From: Chrysomallon squamiferum
Lineage: Eukaryota > Animalia > Mollusca
Length of the DNA stretch: 64,000 nucleotides
Assembly: GCA_012295275.1 (NCBI GenBank)
Contig: CM022677.1
Coordinates: 2,046,001 to 2,110,000 of the forward strand
Direction: 5' to 3'
The translations under genes were made by a program, and so were the position numbers. Of the stretch, positions 1-12,199 are shown in pieces (within the stretch, counting starts at the first letter, position 1; every line of letters begins with the position of its first letter). A model generated the notes under the pieces. That model searched no databases, was not told the DNA's origin, and saw only the letters and a program-made list of their open reading frames with translations.

Positions 1-51
1 CGGCGCGATAATTAATGTATTTTCATTTCGATTTTATTATCATCATCATCA

Positions 52-101
<50 letters not shown>

Positions 102-825
102 GCCATCGTTATCGTTGTACTTATTCAGCGCACGCAATAAGAAGAACGAAGATAAATAGACGTCGGTTCATCGTTCTTTTTTCTTGTTTTCTTTCTTTCT
201 TGTTCTTTCAAATTTTCAGGCACTAATGGACAATTCGGCAGTTGCCTCATCTATTGACGAATAACCTACCCATTTACAATTGACCACGTTCTCTTCGAAC
301 ATTAAAAATGATTAAATTCTGTCTTAATTGAAAATAACGACGATTACGATTTAATTTATAAAATGATCAGACACGTTGTTGTTGTTGTTGTTGTTGTTGC
401 AGTTAGTCCGAAAACATCTTTACGAATGGAAGATCGAGCCCACTCCACAGACGACAGTGTGCCTAGTGTGCGTCGGTGCCGTGGACTCGGTCTTGCATGC
501 GTTTTTTTCTTCACTGCAGCAAAACTAACTCATTTATTAAACGTATTGAACCCTGTTGAAAAAAAGCAAATAAACCAAAAGAAGAAAAAAAACACAACAA
601 TTTTTTTGGCGGCACCAAGTTCAAACTAAATCCGTATAGAATGATTTTTGGAATTAAGCACACAAACGTGGCGGCAACTTTGCATCGAATTTAGAGATTA
701 TTTTTCTCTGGTAATTTCGAAGACTACACGAAACGAGAATTATTAGAGGGAGATAAGCCGTGTAAGGAAATGAAGGCGGTGACAGTGGACGGATGAAACC
801 CGATGTGTTTTTACCTTTTCTCTCG

Positions 826-872
<47 letters not shown>

Positions 873-935
873 ATTTAAATTATTTTTTTCTTAATATTTA
901 TTTCTTTATTTCTTTATTTTTTTTTCATTTTTTCT

Positions 936-966
<31 letters not shown>

Positions 967-1234
967 CGAGTGACCGTGTTGTGTATGTCTGATTATGTGT
1001 GTACGTATGTTATTTCAGTTGGCGCCTGCGTGTGTGTGTGTTTGTGTGTGTGTGCGTGCGTGTCTGTGTGTGTGTGTCTGTGTCTGTGTGTGTGTCTGTG
1101 TGTGTGTCTGTGTGCGTGCGTGCGTGCGTGCGGTTTGAAAACGATATCTTCCAACGTAAAATTGAATTGCGAGATCACGACGGCGCGATGGTGAATGTAT
1201 TTTCATTTCGATTTTGTTGTTGTTGTTGTTATTA
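1..1234 (+). repeat. 5S rDNA spacer module, inverted copy of ~58440-59730
   Basis: Blocks such as gcgcacgcaataagaagaacgaagataaatagacgtcggttc, gtgcctagtgtgcgtcggtgccgtggactc and cagtggacggatgaaacc recur in reverse complement, in the same order, at 58.4-59.7 kb and 54.2-55.4 kb next to 5S genes. Confidence 0.85.
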
Positions 1235-3060
1235 CCTTATTGTATCCGGATTGTATTGAGATCAGATCACGGACTGTACGAGAATATGACTGCGTGTTTG
1301 TTGTTGTTGTGTTTTACCCACAGCATGGCTCTGATGCTGGCTACCAATTCGGCCGTATACACCGAAAGGTGATTTCTGATACGGCCGAATTGTATGCATG
1401 TGGGTTTATTTGTGTGATCTTGGGCTATGAAGGCGAATCCTACTCTCCCGTTGTCTGGGTTTTTGGATCCGTCAGTGTAGATGTGCGCGTGTTGTTTGTA
1501 GTGGTTGTTTGCTGTTGCCAAAAACAATGATTGAATTCTGTCTAGTTTTTTTAAATAGATTTTTTTTTTTTTAAATACACGCTTTGTGTATCAAAATCAG
1601 CGTTGACTCGTTTGCTCCTCAACTGGTTCCGGAAATTAACTTTAGAAGATTGAGTGTTTTTTTTCAGGAAGCAATTATGTTGTGTATGTGGCATCGGAAG
1701 TTGAAATTTGAATGTCTTTGTTTGTGTTATGACGTTGTTGTCGATGTTGAGCGTGATCTTGCTGTTGTCTGATTTCTTGTTGAAAAGGAGGCATGTTGTT
1801 TTGGAAAGAGAAATCTTTATGCCCCATTTCAACATCCAGTCGTTTACGTTGTTTAAGGCTTTTTGTATTTGTTTCTGTATTGCTGCGGTTGATCTGCCTG
1901 CCCGCCAAAAGGCGCAGTCGTCTGCAAAGAGTGCTGTATTTATCGGTTCCTTTGGTGGATTTCTGGCGTTGTCTTGTTGGTCGAGTGCTGTGACGATGTC
2001 CTTGATGTAAATGTTGAAGAGTGTTGGCGAGATCACGGATCCTTGGGGGATGCCGTTTTCGATTGTCGTTTTCTCTGAGGTGTGACCGTTTACTTTGACT
2101 GCTATGGTTCTGATGTTGATGAAGTCTTTAATAAAATTGAAAATGTTGCCTTTGATGTTGTTGTTGATTAATTTAACGAGCAGTCCTTCCCTCCATACCA
2201 TGTCGAATGCTTTTTCAATGTCTAAAAAAACTGCTATGACTTTAATTGATTTTCGAAAAGATTGATTGATTAATGTTTCCAGGCAGGTGATCTGGTCGTT
2301 TGTGCTGTTTTTCTTCCTGAAGACTCTTTGAAATTTGCTGATTAAATTGTTGTCGTTTAAATGATGGTTCAGGCGTGTGTTCATCATTGTTTCCAATGTT
2401 TTGCACATGTGTGACGTCAGCGTGATCGGCCTGTAGCTGTTGGGTAGTGAGTGATCTTTGTGTGGTTTGGGCAAGCTGAAACACTCGGCGTGTTTCCAGT
2501 TTGTTGGAATCTTGCCGGTGGTCCATATTGCGTTGTAAAGATCGAGTATGACGAGTAGTGTTTCGTCTGGTAGGTGTTGTAGTATTGTGTAGCTTATTTT
2601 ATCTGGCCCCGTGGCTGTACTTTTCTTGTTTTTGAGTGCATGTTTTAATTCGCTGATGTTGAATAGTTGATTGTATTTCATGTTTTCTGTGTCTGCGGAG
2701 TGTTCACCGTTTGCTTGGTTGTCCAGTGGTTTCTTTGCGAACTTCAGTGGGAAGTTCGAATTGCTGCTGGACTTGGCGAAGGTTTGGCTGAGTAGATCCG
2801 ATTTTTGCTTGTCGGTGAATGCGATGTTGTTTTTGCCGAGAGTGTTGATTCTGTGGGGTTTTTTGCCTTGGATGTTTTTTACTTTGGCCCACATGTCTTT
2901 GACTGATGTTTTGTGGTCGATGTTGTTGCAAAAAAGTTCCCAGTGTTCTTGTTTCGCGGTGAGTATTAGGTTGGAAACTTTTGTATTTTTCGTGTGTGGA
3001 ATGATTTCTGTCTTTTTAGTATTGTCTTCTGAATTTGTTTCTCTCCTTGCATTTCTTTTC
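1235..3060 (-). mobile_element. Non-LTR retrotransposon (I/Nimb-like) ORF2 fragment: RT plus RNase H, decayed
   Basis: ORF 1551-2894 has LINE RT motifs SYRPITLTS, FLDIEKAFD, GIPQGSVISPTLFNIY and FADD. ORF 1267-1527 has RNase H motifs IYTDGSK and SVYTAEL. There is a deletion between the domains and both ends are truncated. Confidence 0.92.
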
Positions 3061-3324
3061 TATGCGTTCCGTCCACCAGGGACTTGGTGAACATTAGCGA
3101 GTGTAAATAGCGTCAGCTGTACTTTCACAGAACCAATCAGATTACAGATAATAAATATCCCTTCGTCAAAATTTTACGTCCGGTGATCAAAATAAATGAG
3201 GAATTCCGTTATTTGTTACCATAATTAAACAGGTTTTTATTACTACCACTACTATTCTTGTTGTTGTTGTTAATGATACCAGACCAATTATCTGGATTTT
3301 CCAATTTTCTTCACCAAGCCTGCG

Positions 3325-3653
3325 CGCGCATGCGCGCAAACACACAGGCAGACACACACAAACAGACACACACACACACACACACAGGCATTATAAAGAT
3401 AATGTTGTTGAATTACGAAAATGTTATCATCAAAAAAAAAAAAAAAATAAAAAATTAATAATAATAACAAAAATACATCGGCTCCCTATAAAAGTAATGG
3501 TTAGATTTTCATTTATAAAACGATTTTTACACTGTATTTTACAACAATGTGAACTGGCACAGTTGTTAACGGTGTAAGGGAAACAACTCTAATGAGGCTA
3601 TGTCGTACACGTGACGGGCACCTTTTTTTTGCCCGCCATATTTAAAGGTACGA
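3325..3653 (+). promoter_or_regulatory. Putative Pol II promoter and first-exon motif cluster
   Basis: NRF1-type palindrome CGCGCATGCGCG at 3325-3336, E-box CACGTGAC at 3608-3615, YY1-type CCGCCATATT at 3633-3642, then a donor-like AAG|GTACGA at 3648. Motif matches only. Confidence 0.4.
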
Positions 3654-5256
3654 AACAAGTGTAGAGATTTTCTTGGAAGCGAGGATTAATATTTGATGTT
3701 ATCAAGTTGTTATGGATTTATGTTGATCTTATCAAGTTATCATGGATTTTAACAATAAAAAGATATGTAGCTTATGGCATGAAACAGGTCGAAAATTAAG
3801 AAATCGTGCCAAATTATATCATTTTCATGATTTATCAGGTTTGCTAAGTTACGTAAGTAATTGTTTTTTAATTACCTTGATTAACACGGACCTGACATTT
3901 TCACTCTTAGATGAAAAACAAAAGATGAATGGCTCTCACATCGAAAAAAAGTTCCTCTAGATCAGATGTTTAACTTTTTTTTTAAATATTATCAAAATAC
4001 GACGACTCAGCCGACTGTCACCGTTTTTAAAAATATTTACATTAAGTCAAAAATCTTGATTTGTTGCTATGAGTCATAAATTTAACAAACTCTTACGATT
4101 ATCATTAATGATTGTGGCCGCCTGTTGCTACACGTACTAAAAAGTGACATTTGATAGGGTAATTTTATTTATTTATAATAATAATAATTATAATAAGAAG
4201 ACAATATTAGAATTTTAATGAATTAAAATCACAGCATTCCATCAATAAAGTTTGAAAAAAGGAGGAAAATTATCCAAATTATCGGATAAAATATTGCCAT
4301 TACTCCATTATTTTTCAAGTGACCATCATAAATTTTATTGTAAGTTTTCTCCATACTCTTTCCAGTTATGCAGAAATAATTTATTTTGGTGACATTTATT
4401 CTCTTTATTTCTTTTTCACATGCTGGGGCCCAAAAATTAGTAATTGCTGAGGTATGAAAACCATAACTTTGATTTTGTTTTTAAAATTTATTTTTTTATT
4501 TTTATGTCAAATAGTTACCATAAGTGGTAGAAAGGCAAAGGAGACCACAGAGAAGAACAGGTTGGAGAAACAAAATTAAGTCAAATATAGAGGATACACC
4601 AGTAACCTCCATCACAATGACAGAGACTGCAGTGATCAGATGATACTGGAAATGTCCAGTGAAAACATCACTGATTATTTCAGTTACTGCAGGGATGTTT
4701 GCTTGAGTGTTGTAGAGTGTGAAGGTTAGAAACAGAATAGTGAATCTATCTGATTTGCACTTTAGCAGTCAGTTATGTCAGTTTTTACTTATTTACTATC
4801 AGAAAAACTTATTACTATAATACAAAGTAATAACTCCGAAATAAATTTACAAGGTTTAAAAAATTAACTGTTACATGTGGAGTTATGCTGAGTCACTTGT
4901 TTATTCTATTAATTTTACTTTATCAGTTGTCTACATGTATGTAAATTTGTGTCATAATTACTGGAATAAATGTTAGTTTTATATATATAAAAAAAGAGTA
5001 AAATGTAGAGAAAAACATCTTGCATAGTTAACTGTTAAAGTGCAAATCTTATCTAATTTGCAGTTGTGCAGAGAAAGTCTGATTGTAATCATAACTGGAT
5101 ACACAGCTACTGTGACAAAGATGGATAAACTCGTCTTTCTCTAACATAAAACCTGATTATCTATGAACCTATTTTCATTAGCTGCATTTCTTTCCATATA
5201 TTAACTACAGATATTCCATTAACATATAAATTTAAATATAATAATGAGATTTTCTA

Positions 5257-5308
<52 letters not shown>

Positions 5309-5979
5309 GGAGAGAGAGAGAGAATAATGACAAATATTAGAGAGGTTTACATAGACATAATGTGTTGATGTATCTGATTATGTATGGACCCGACAATACA
5401 GGCCATATACATAACTCACTTTCAGTTTAGCTTCCACGTAAAGCACTAAGTTTGTATCGAAAAAGGTCAAGAAATGGAAGTAACTATAGCTCTAGAACTC
5501 ATAAAAAGCTTTATTTGGATATATGTAACTTTGGTTTTCATATGTATTGTTTATGTTGTCACATGACCAAAATCAATTACTGGTTCTCCATTGATTTTGA
5601 AAGAAAAATGAAAGTAAATTTTATTCAGATACATATTCAAAATCTTTTTCATATCAAAGTTATCAAAGATACCTTGGAGTGATTTTAATCTGTTTTTATT
5701 GGGTTTTTTTTTCTGATATATAATTTAATATGAAAATTATTTTTTTGAAAATATTGTGACATACAAGTTATTTGTTATTTGTTTCTCTTACAGTAGCATA
5801 GTACACACAAAACTACAGACTGGCTAGAATTTTTGTTTGCAAACAAATACATTTTTAGTCTATTTCTCAGCAAGAAGCTAAACAACATCTTAAGGCAATA
5901 TAAGGGTCAACAACATTGATTTACTATTTTTCAAACATATATTAGTTTGAATTTAGTGAAATTGTAATCTCATTGTAAG

Positions 5980-7061
5980 GTCACTGTAGTGTTATTCAGG
6001 TGCTGTCTAGAAAGTGAATTTACATCATGGAGAAGGATGAATCAGCTGTTACAGAAACCATTCTCATGCAGACTGCACCATTCTCAGTTGTGAGTTTAAT
6101 TTATTTTATTTTTGTGTTGTCAACAGAAAAATAAGTTTTGTAATAGTTCTTAATTAATTATAAAATAGTGTAACAATATTCAGTTATTTGCTGTTGTTTT
6201 GTTGCATTACTCAGTAACATACTTTATTAATCACAAAGCATGTCAGAAGTTTTAGTTATTTATTTATAACTGTTTGTTTATTATTGTTTTTTACTTTTTT
6301 AGGTATGCATGTACAGCTCTAATTGATGTGCTGATGTTGGCATATGCCAGTGAAGTTGTTTCAGTAGAACATGCTGTTCAAGCTGTCAGGTATGTTGTTT
6401 TTATTTTATTTTATTTTTTTTGGTATATTGTTAAAATTTGAATCTTTTTTTAAATTAAAATGAGTTTGTTTGGGTATGTTAAAGTTTATTTTTTTTTTTT
6501 TAATATTTTGTTAAATACTAAAATTTGAATTTTTTTAAAAATTAAAATGAGTTGGTTTGGGTATGTTAGTTTATTTATTTTATTTTTGAGATGTATTTAA
6601 AGGCATTCATCCTTCTACTTTGATCACTAAGAAGGAGAAGTATTATGATGACTGCAGTTAAATATGTAAATGTATGAATGTATGAGGGAAGAGAGAGGAT
6701 GAACGAATGGCAAGACGAGAGCAGAGGCAAAATTGAGAATGAAATCTGGGCTGCATATTTTGTATAATTTATCATATAATGCAATGAGACCTCTGATTTT
6801 ACATTCAGCATTTTGAACAAGAAATTTTTAAACTTTCAGTTGAATTACAACTTTTAACACATCCAGTGAACTTCCATCAGACACTGAGGTCACAGTTGTT
6901 TTCTGGTTAAATAAAGTTTGTACTGCTGCCATTGCAAAAGAGAACAATTCTGAGCTGGTGAATTTGAGTTTCTTTTCTTATATATTTTTCATTATTCTGA
7001 AACTAATGAAGTTTAATTTTATTTAATATATGAAGTTGCAGTTTGTAAATAATATATCAGT

Positions 7062-7115
<54 letters not shown>

Positions 7116-7465
7116 ACAGGCACATGCATGCACACACATGCATATACTTACATTGATATAAATGCAATTATTTGTTGTAAATGTTTATTTCTGTATTTTA
7201 AAACAAAGGAATGAATATTTTAAAGTGTTTAACTTTCCTTTTACATAGGAGACAATGTACTGTAGTTTCTATTGTCTGCAGCCTCTCAGTTTTCATGGTT
7301 AGTTTAATAAACACAACTTTTTGTAAATGAAATAATGAATCAGTTGGTAACTTTAAAATTTAGATATGTTAAATTTATGAATGTTTATATATAGTTTAGA
7401 GAGATGTGTTGTTATTGTTTTTTTAATTTTATATTTCATAATCAACAAAATCACAAAAGATATAG

Positions 7466-7551
<86 letters not shown>

Positions 7552-10500
7552 GTCTATCCACAGTCGTATATCATCCTCCTTATTTTTTCCTGTATTATTA
7601 GATATTAGCTGCATCATTGTTATTTATTTTTTCTTAGACACATGTTTGAAAGATGGGTTAGGAATAATCAGTTTTTCCACTTCACTTACAAGGAGGTCCT
7701 GTACACCTGAGATAGAATACGAGAAAAACATTGAGTCTTTCCTGCAGAGCAGTTCTTCTGGATAGAAGTGATAAAACTGACAGAGACAGGACAGCTTCTG
7801 ATTGGTCAGGAAGCAGAAAGTACGTTTTGTGTGATTTTCGAATTAATCTTTCATTATATTAATTTACGTAATTTATTATTGTACTGGAAAAATTGGGATT
7901 TATACTATTCAGTTTCAGTGTATATTTAGATGGATGCTTTTATGTATGTAAATCAATTTTTATGTATGTAAAATGGATGATTTCAGGCTGTGAAAGATCT
8001 TTATACAATGGTCAGTATTTGAGAAGGCTACTAATAAAGAAAGTTAATATTAAACAAAATTTTAGATGCTTTGTTCACTTTCTAAAATACAAACAACTAG
8101 TAAAAAATATGCAATGTATAGTTCTTAAATAAAATATTTCTTCTTTTTAGATTTCTTCTATTTTAGCAGAATTTATATTGATCAATAATCAGGTTATAAT
8201 GATATATATTTAAAAGAAATTAGACTATATTAAAAAAATACTTATCTTTAATTATTCATTACCTCAAACTGTGTATGTGTTAATCAGTATGTCTGTAAGC
8301 TTGCATGCACATTTAAAATAGACTAGCTTAAATATATTTTTGTCAACAAACATTCATTTGTATCTGTAAATGGTGTTGATATATATATATATAATAGTAA
8401 ATAATGTTATTAATAAAGGCAATAAAAAATTAAATTATTTTTTTATTTTGCTTTTTCAGGAACATCCACAAAACAGACAGGTGTTGTTACCTAAACATCA
8501 GGACACACACAGACAGCAGACAGACAGAGAGGTTTCTCAAAAAACTGGTATGAAAAACACACTCATTAACGTTTGGGTTTAACAATTTACTTACATTCTT
8601 CTCAGTTTTGGTATTGGTAAAATATTCTCAATACAGAGTAAGAAAAACAGACTAGTGCAAGGATAGTCTACAGTAACAAGTAAATTAATTGTGGTATACA
8701 AATAGCAGGATAACTTAGTTTACTTCCATGTTTCCTTATTTCCATTTGCATTGTTTTATTTCTTATTAGTTTTTATTGATTTCTTATAGAGTAATGATTT
8801 GTTTTGAACTCACAGAATGCAGTTCACTTTATTTTGTTTTTATTTGAAAGTTTAAAAATTAATTTTGCCATGTCTTAGATTTTACTATAATTTGATGATT
8901 CTAAAAATTTTGTATATTTCTAATTTATTAATTTAAAAAAAAAAAAAATTATCCGGATAAAACATTAGTCATTAATATATGTATCTGTCAGAAAGAGAAA
9001 TATTTTGTATATCTACAAAGGTAAATAAATAAAAACTTGTTTTTCAGAAACTGCTCTGTACACAAGAAGAGGTAATTCTGTGAGCTCACCACAGGAGAGA
9101 AATGTCATCAAAGAATCTGTACTAGCCTGGCAGGAACAGAAGCATCTGCAGAGGTTGTCGTTGTTCTTACAGTAACAGCAGTAGTAGTAGTAAACTCATT
9201 GTTGTAGTAGTGTGGTTATTATAGCATTAGTACTTAATAATAATCATTCTTGTTTGTAGTAATAGGTGATATTTTAGCCAACGATGCTTTGTGTTCATAA
9301 TGTATCTTGTGTGACTCACAGTCAGAAAAATACTGCATGAGTCATAGTACTAGTTGTAGTAGTAGGAGCAGTACTAATAGTAGATTTATTGTTGCAATAG
9401 TAGTAGTAGTAGAGGGAGTTTGAGTATATAACAGTTAAATGAGAAATTATAAAAGTCAAATGAAAAGTAGGTGTAGAAACAGGAGCCGTAATAGTTGTAG
9501 TAGTAGTAGTAGTTGTTTTTGTTGTAATAACAATAATAGTATAAAAAATATATTTGTTAGTTGAATAGGGGGAAAAAGAAAGAAAAATGATTAATACTTT
9601 ATTTACTATTTTATTTAAATTTTATTCATTTGTTTGTTTGTTTAGTTAATATTTTATTCAGTATTTTATTGGTTTGTTTGTTTGTTTAGTTAATATTTTA
9701 TTCTGTATTTTATTGGTTTGTTTGTTTATTTACTTAATATTTTATTCAGTATTTTATTTATTTGTTTATTTACTTAATATTTTATTCAGTATTTGATTTA
9801 TTTATTTGTTTACACAGACGAGACGGTGCTCTCACCAGTCAGATTCAGACCAGTGTGTTCTTCACTCTCTTGTCCAACATCAGATTCGACTCAGTCTTGT
9901 GTGAAATTTCACCAGTGAGCAGCTCAGTTTTGTTTACCTGGACATGCAACACACACTGCAGCCGACCACGTCCAACTACAACAACTCTGACAGCGTGAAG
10001 TTGTAGAGTGTTACTACACCAGGTGACCAATCTCAACAGTCAAATGTGAGCAATCAGGAGAAAAACTTGAAGCTTTAATACTAAAACAAGCCAAAGAAAA
10101 GCACAGGAAAGAAACAGGACAACATCTCCAACAATGTCTAGGAAATTTCCTCACACATCACATGTCACAGCTGATGGATTTCCAAGTCAAGGGGACACAA
10201 CTGTGGAAGCCACTGCCTCTCTGGACCTCAACACCACACAGAGTTGTCTGTCAGATGAACCAGTAAGTGTCGGTCCATTGTCTGACACTCGGCTAACACC
10301 ACAGATAACTGAAAATAATGTAGGTGAAGGTCAATGTCAGATGGCAAACAGAGGCTATGAAGTGTTTTACATTAATCCGGATGTTTGTGTTGAAGTTTCC
10401 TTACCCTCTGTTCCTGTTGCAGAAGATAGCGATGTTGATGGTTCTGTGATGGTTTACATGGACAGAAACAACATGTAAATGGCAGAGTGCTGTTGAAGTC

Positions 10501-10913
10501 TGTGTTCTTGGGAAAATAAGCTGATGTTTGTTTAAACACTTCATTTGTTATGCTGCCAAATGAAAGCACTTGGCAGATGACTGAGAGGACAGTGCATGAC
10601 GGTGGCAAACACAACAGCCAGGAAGTTGAAGAGCAGGTGACGTCTGAAACTGAAGCTGGATGAGAAGAGAAAGGAAACAGAGAAGAAAACAGCAGAACAA
10701 GATGAGACAGAAACTTGGGAAGGCAGTGTTCATGAGAGAGATGTCTCGCTACACTGACAATACGAAGGACTGAGCTAGTCCTTTACCTGACTCATACAGC
10801 AGAGTGGGACAATGCAGTATCAGAGACTGTAACAGTTGCTGTCTTCTCACAGTGCTGGAGTCAGGAATTGTTTTCCCAATCTACACATCAAACTGTGACA
10901 TAGGAAATATGAG
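5980..10913 (+). pseudogene. CAMSAP: CAMSAP/Patronin-like unprocessed pseudogene, copy 1
   Basis: GT-AG exons 5980-6089 (GHCSVIQVLSRK*IYIMEKDE, TGA at 6015 where CAMSAP has G), 6303-6389 (ALIDVLMLAYASEVVSVEHAV), 6840-6957 (ELPSDTEVTVVFWLNKV) and ~7638 (DTCLKD..FHFTYKEVLY) match the N-terminal CH region. ~10641-10750 (LKLDEKRKE..RQKLGKAVF) matches coiled-coil 1. Stops and frameshifts throughout. Confidence 0.85.
9625..9810. repeat. ~40-44 bp AT-rich tandem repeat, 4-5 copies, in an intron
   Basis: Repeated tttgtttgtttagttaatattttattcagtattttatt immediately before the acceptor at ~9815. Confidence 0.75.
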
Positions 10914-12199
10914 GTGTTAATGTTCAGAAAATATGTTTTGGTTCAACCAGTACATCAGTGTGTGTCTCTTAGGCTGATGTTTTCACTTCTATTGTGACAG
11001 TGTAAAGAAAAATTCCTGACAGACTGAGTAAATGTTTATATCTCTTACTGACTAGATCAAATGGGTGAAATCTGTTTTGTTTTTCAGTTTTTAAAATACA
11101 AATAAATAAATATATGTAATCAAATTCCTCAACTAGTCTGTGATTTTTAAATTATTTTCTCTCTGTGTTGCAGATGTTTCATGTACTCACCCTGAATCAG
11201 AAAAGTCTAATAATTTTGTACAGCTACTAACATATAAGAATTTATAATGTTTATTAAGTTTCGGTTAATGTGCCAAAACTGTGTAAATAAAAATATTCCT
11301 TATCTTAGGATGTTTGATAATGCTAGCTAAAAATATTAAATTCAAAACAGAATACAAAATAATTTGAAATGTTTATTTCGACAAAAAAACATTATATCAA
11401 AATATATATTTTCATATATAAAACATAATTTTAGAAAAATGTTATAAAAATCCTTGATTACAAATTGAAAAAAGCAAGGTATAATTGAACTTTTAAATTA
11501 AATTAGTTTTAAAATGTTTTATAAGGTTTTTAAGATGAGAGAAAAGGGTGCTGTAAAATATAAAAATACCAAGATTTCTGATCTATCCAACAAAAGTATA
11601 ATAATAAAATATTCAAATTAATGAAATAAAAAATACCAAGATATTTGTTTACAGAAAAAATAACAAATAACTTGTAATCTGAAAATTATTTATTCAGAAA
11701 ATTTATAATTTCTGATTTTATCTTCCAAAAGAACAAAATGATCTACTTCCATTTTATGTTTTATTAAGATAAGTTTATTGGCTCTAATCTTTACCAGAAG
11801 TCTTAGTGTTCTTTGTTATTTTATACTTGGTGTAGATAATTCAGTAGACTAAAAAAAAAAAAAATTAAATTAAGAAATACAAAAAATAAAACAGAAAAGT
11901 CAAATTATCTCCCCTGGACCAAACAGCTTTATATAAAATGTGTATTTTATTTTGAAAGCAGTAATCAAGGATTTCTAGAAAATCATTTTTGAAACTTAAA
12001 GTCTTTTTTTTCACAGACCTAACTGAACTTGCTTCTGTGTCTGGTCCAAACATTATGTATATTGGTCTGTATGTAACTATATCTTGTATGAACAACATTG
12101 TGACTTCCAGTCTGAAATCACAGTTTTATAAATTATTCAGTAAGTAGTCCATGACTCACACAAGTAATGTTTTTAAACTTTGGTTTGGTGTGGATTTTT

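Noticed and set aside
401-420. Y RNA-like 5' end agttagtccga
   Set aside because: It is not conserved in the other two spacer copies, and there is no complementary 3' TTGAC stem.
610-660. SL RNA or snRNA gene linked to 5S (gatttttgga, Sm-like)
   Set aside because: The Sm-like 9-mer alone is weak, with no recognisable leader/donor hairpin or U1/U2/U5 sequence.
780-810. Hammerhead ribozyme in cagtggacggatgaaaccc
   Set aside because: It has CGGATGA rather than CTGATGA, and I could not build stem II or a GAAA/NUH arrangement.
10134-10478. Stand-alone 114-aa ORF
   Set aside because: It is part of the broken large CAMSAP exon, not an independent gene.
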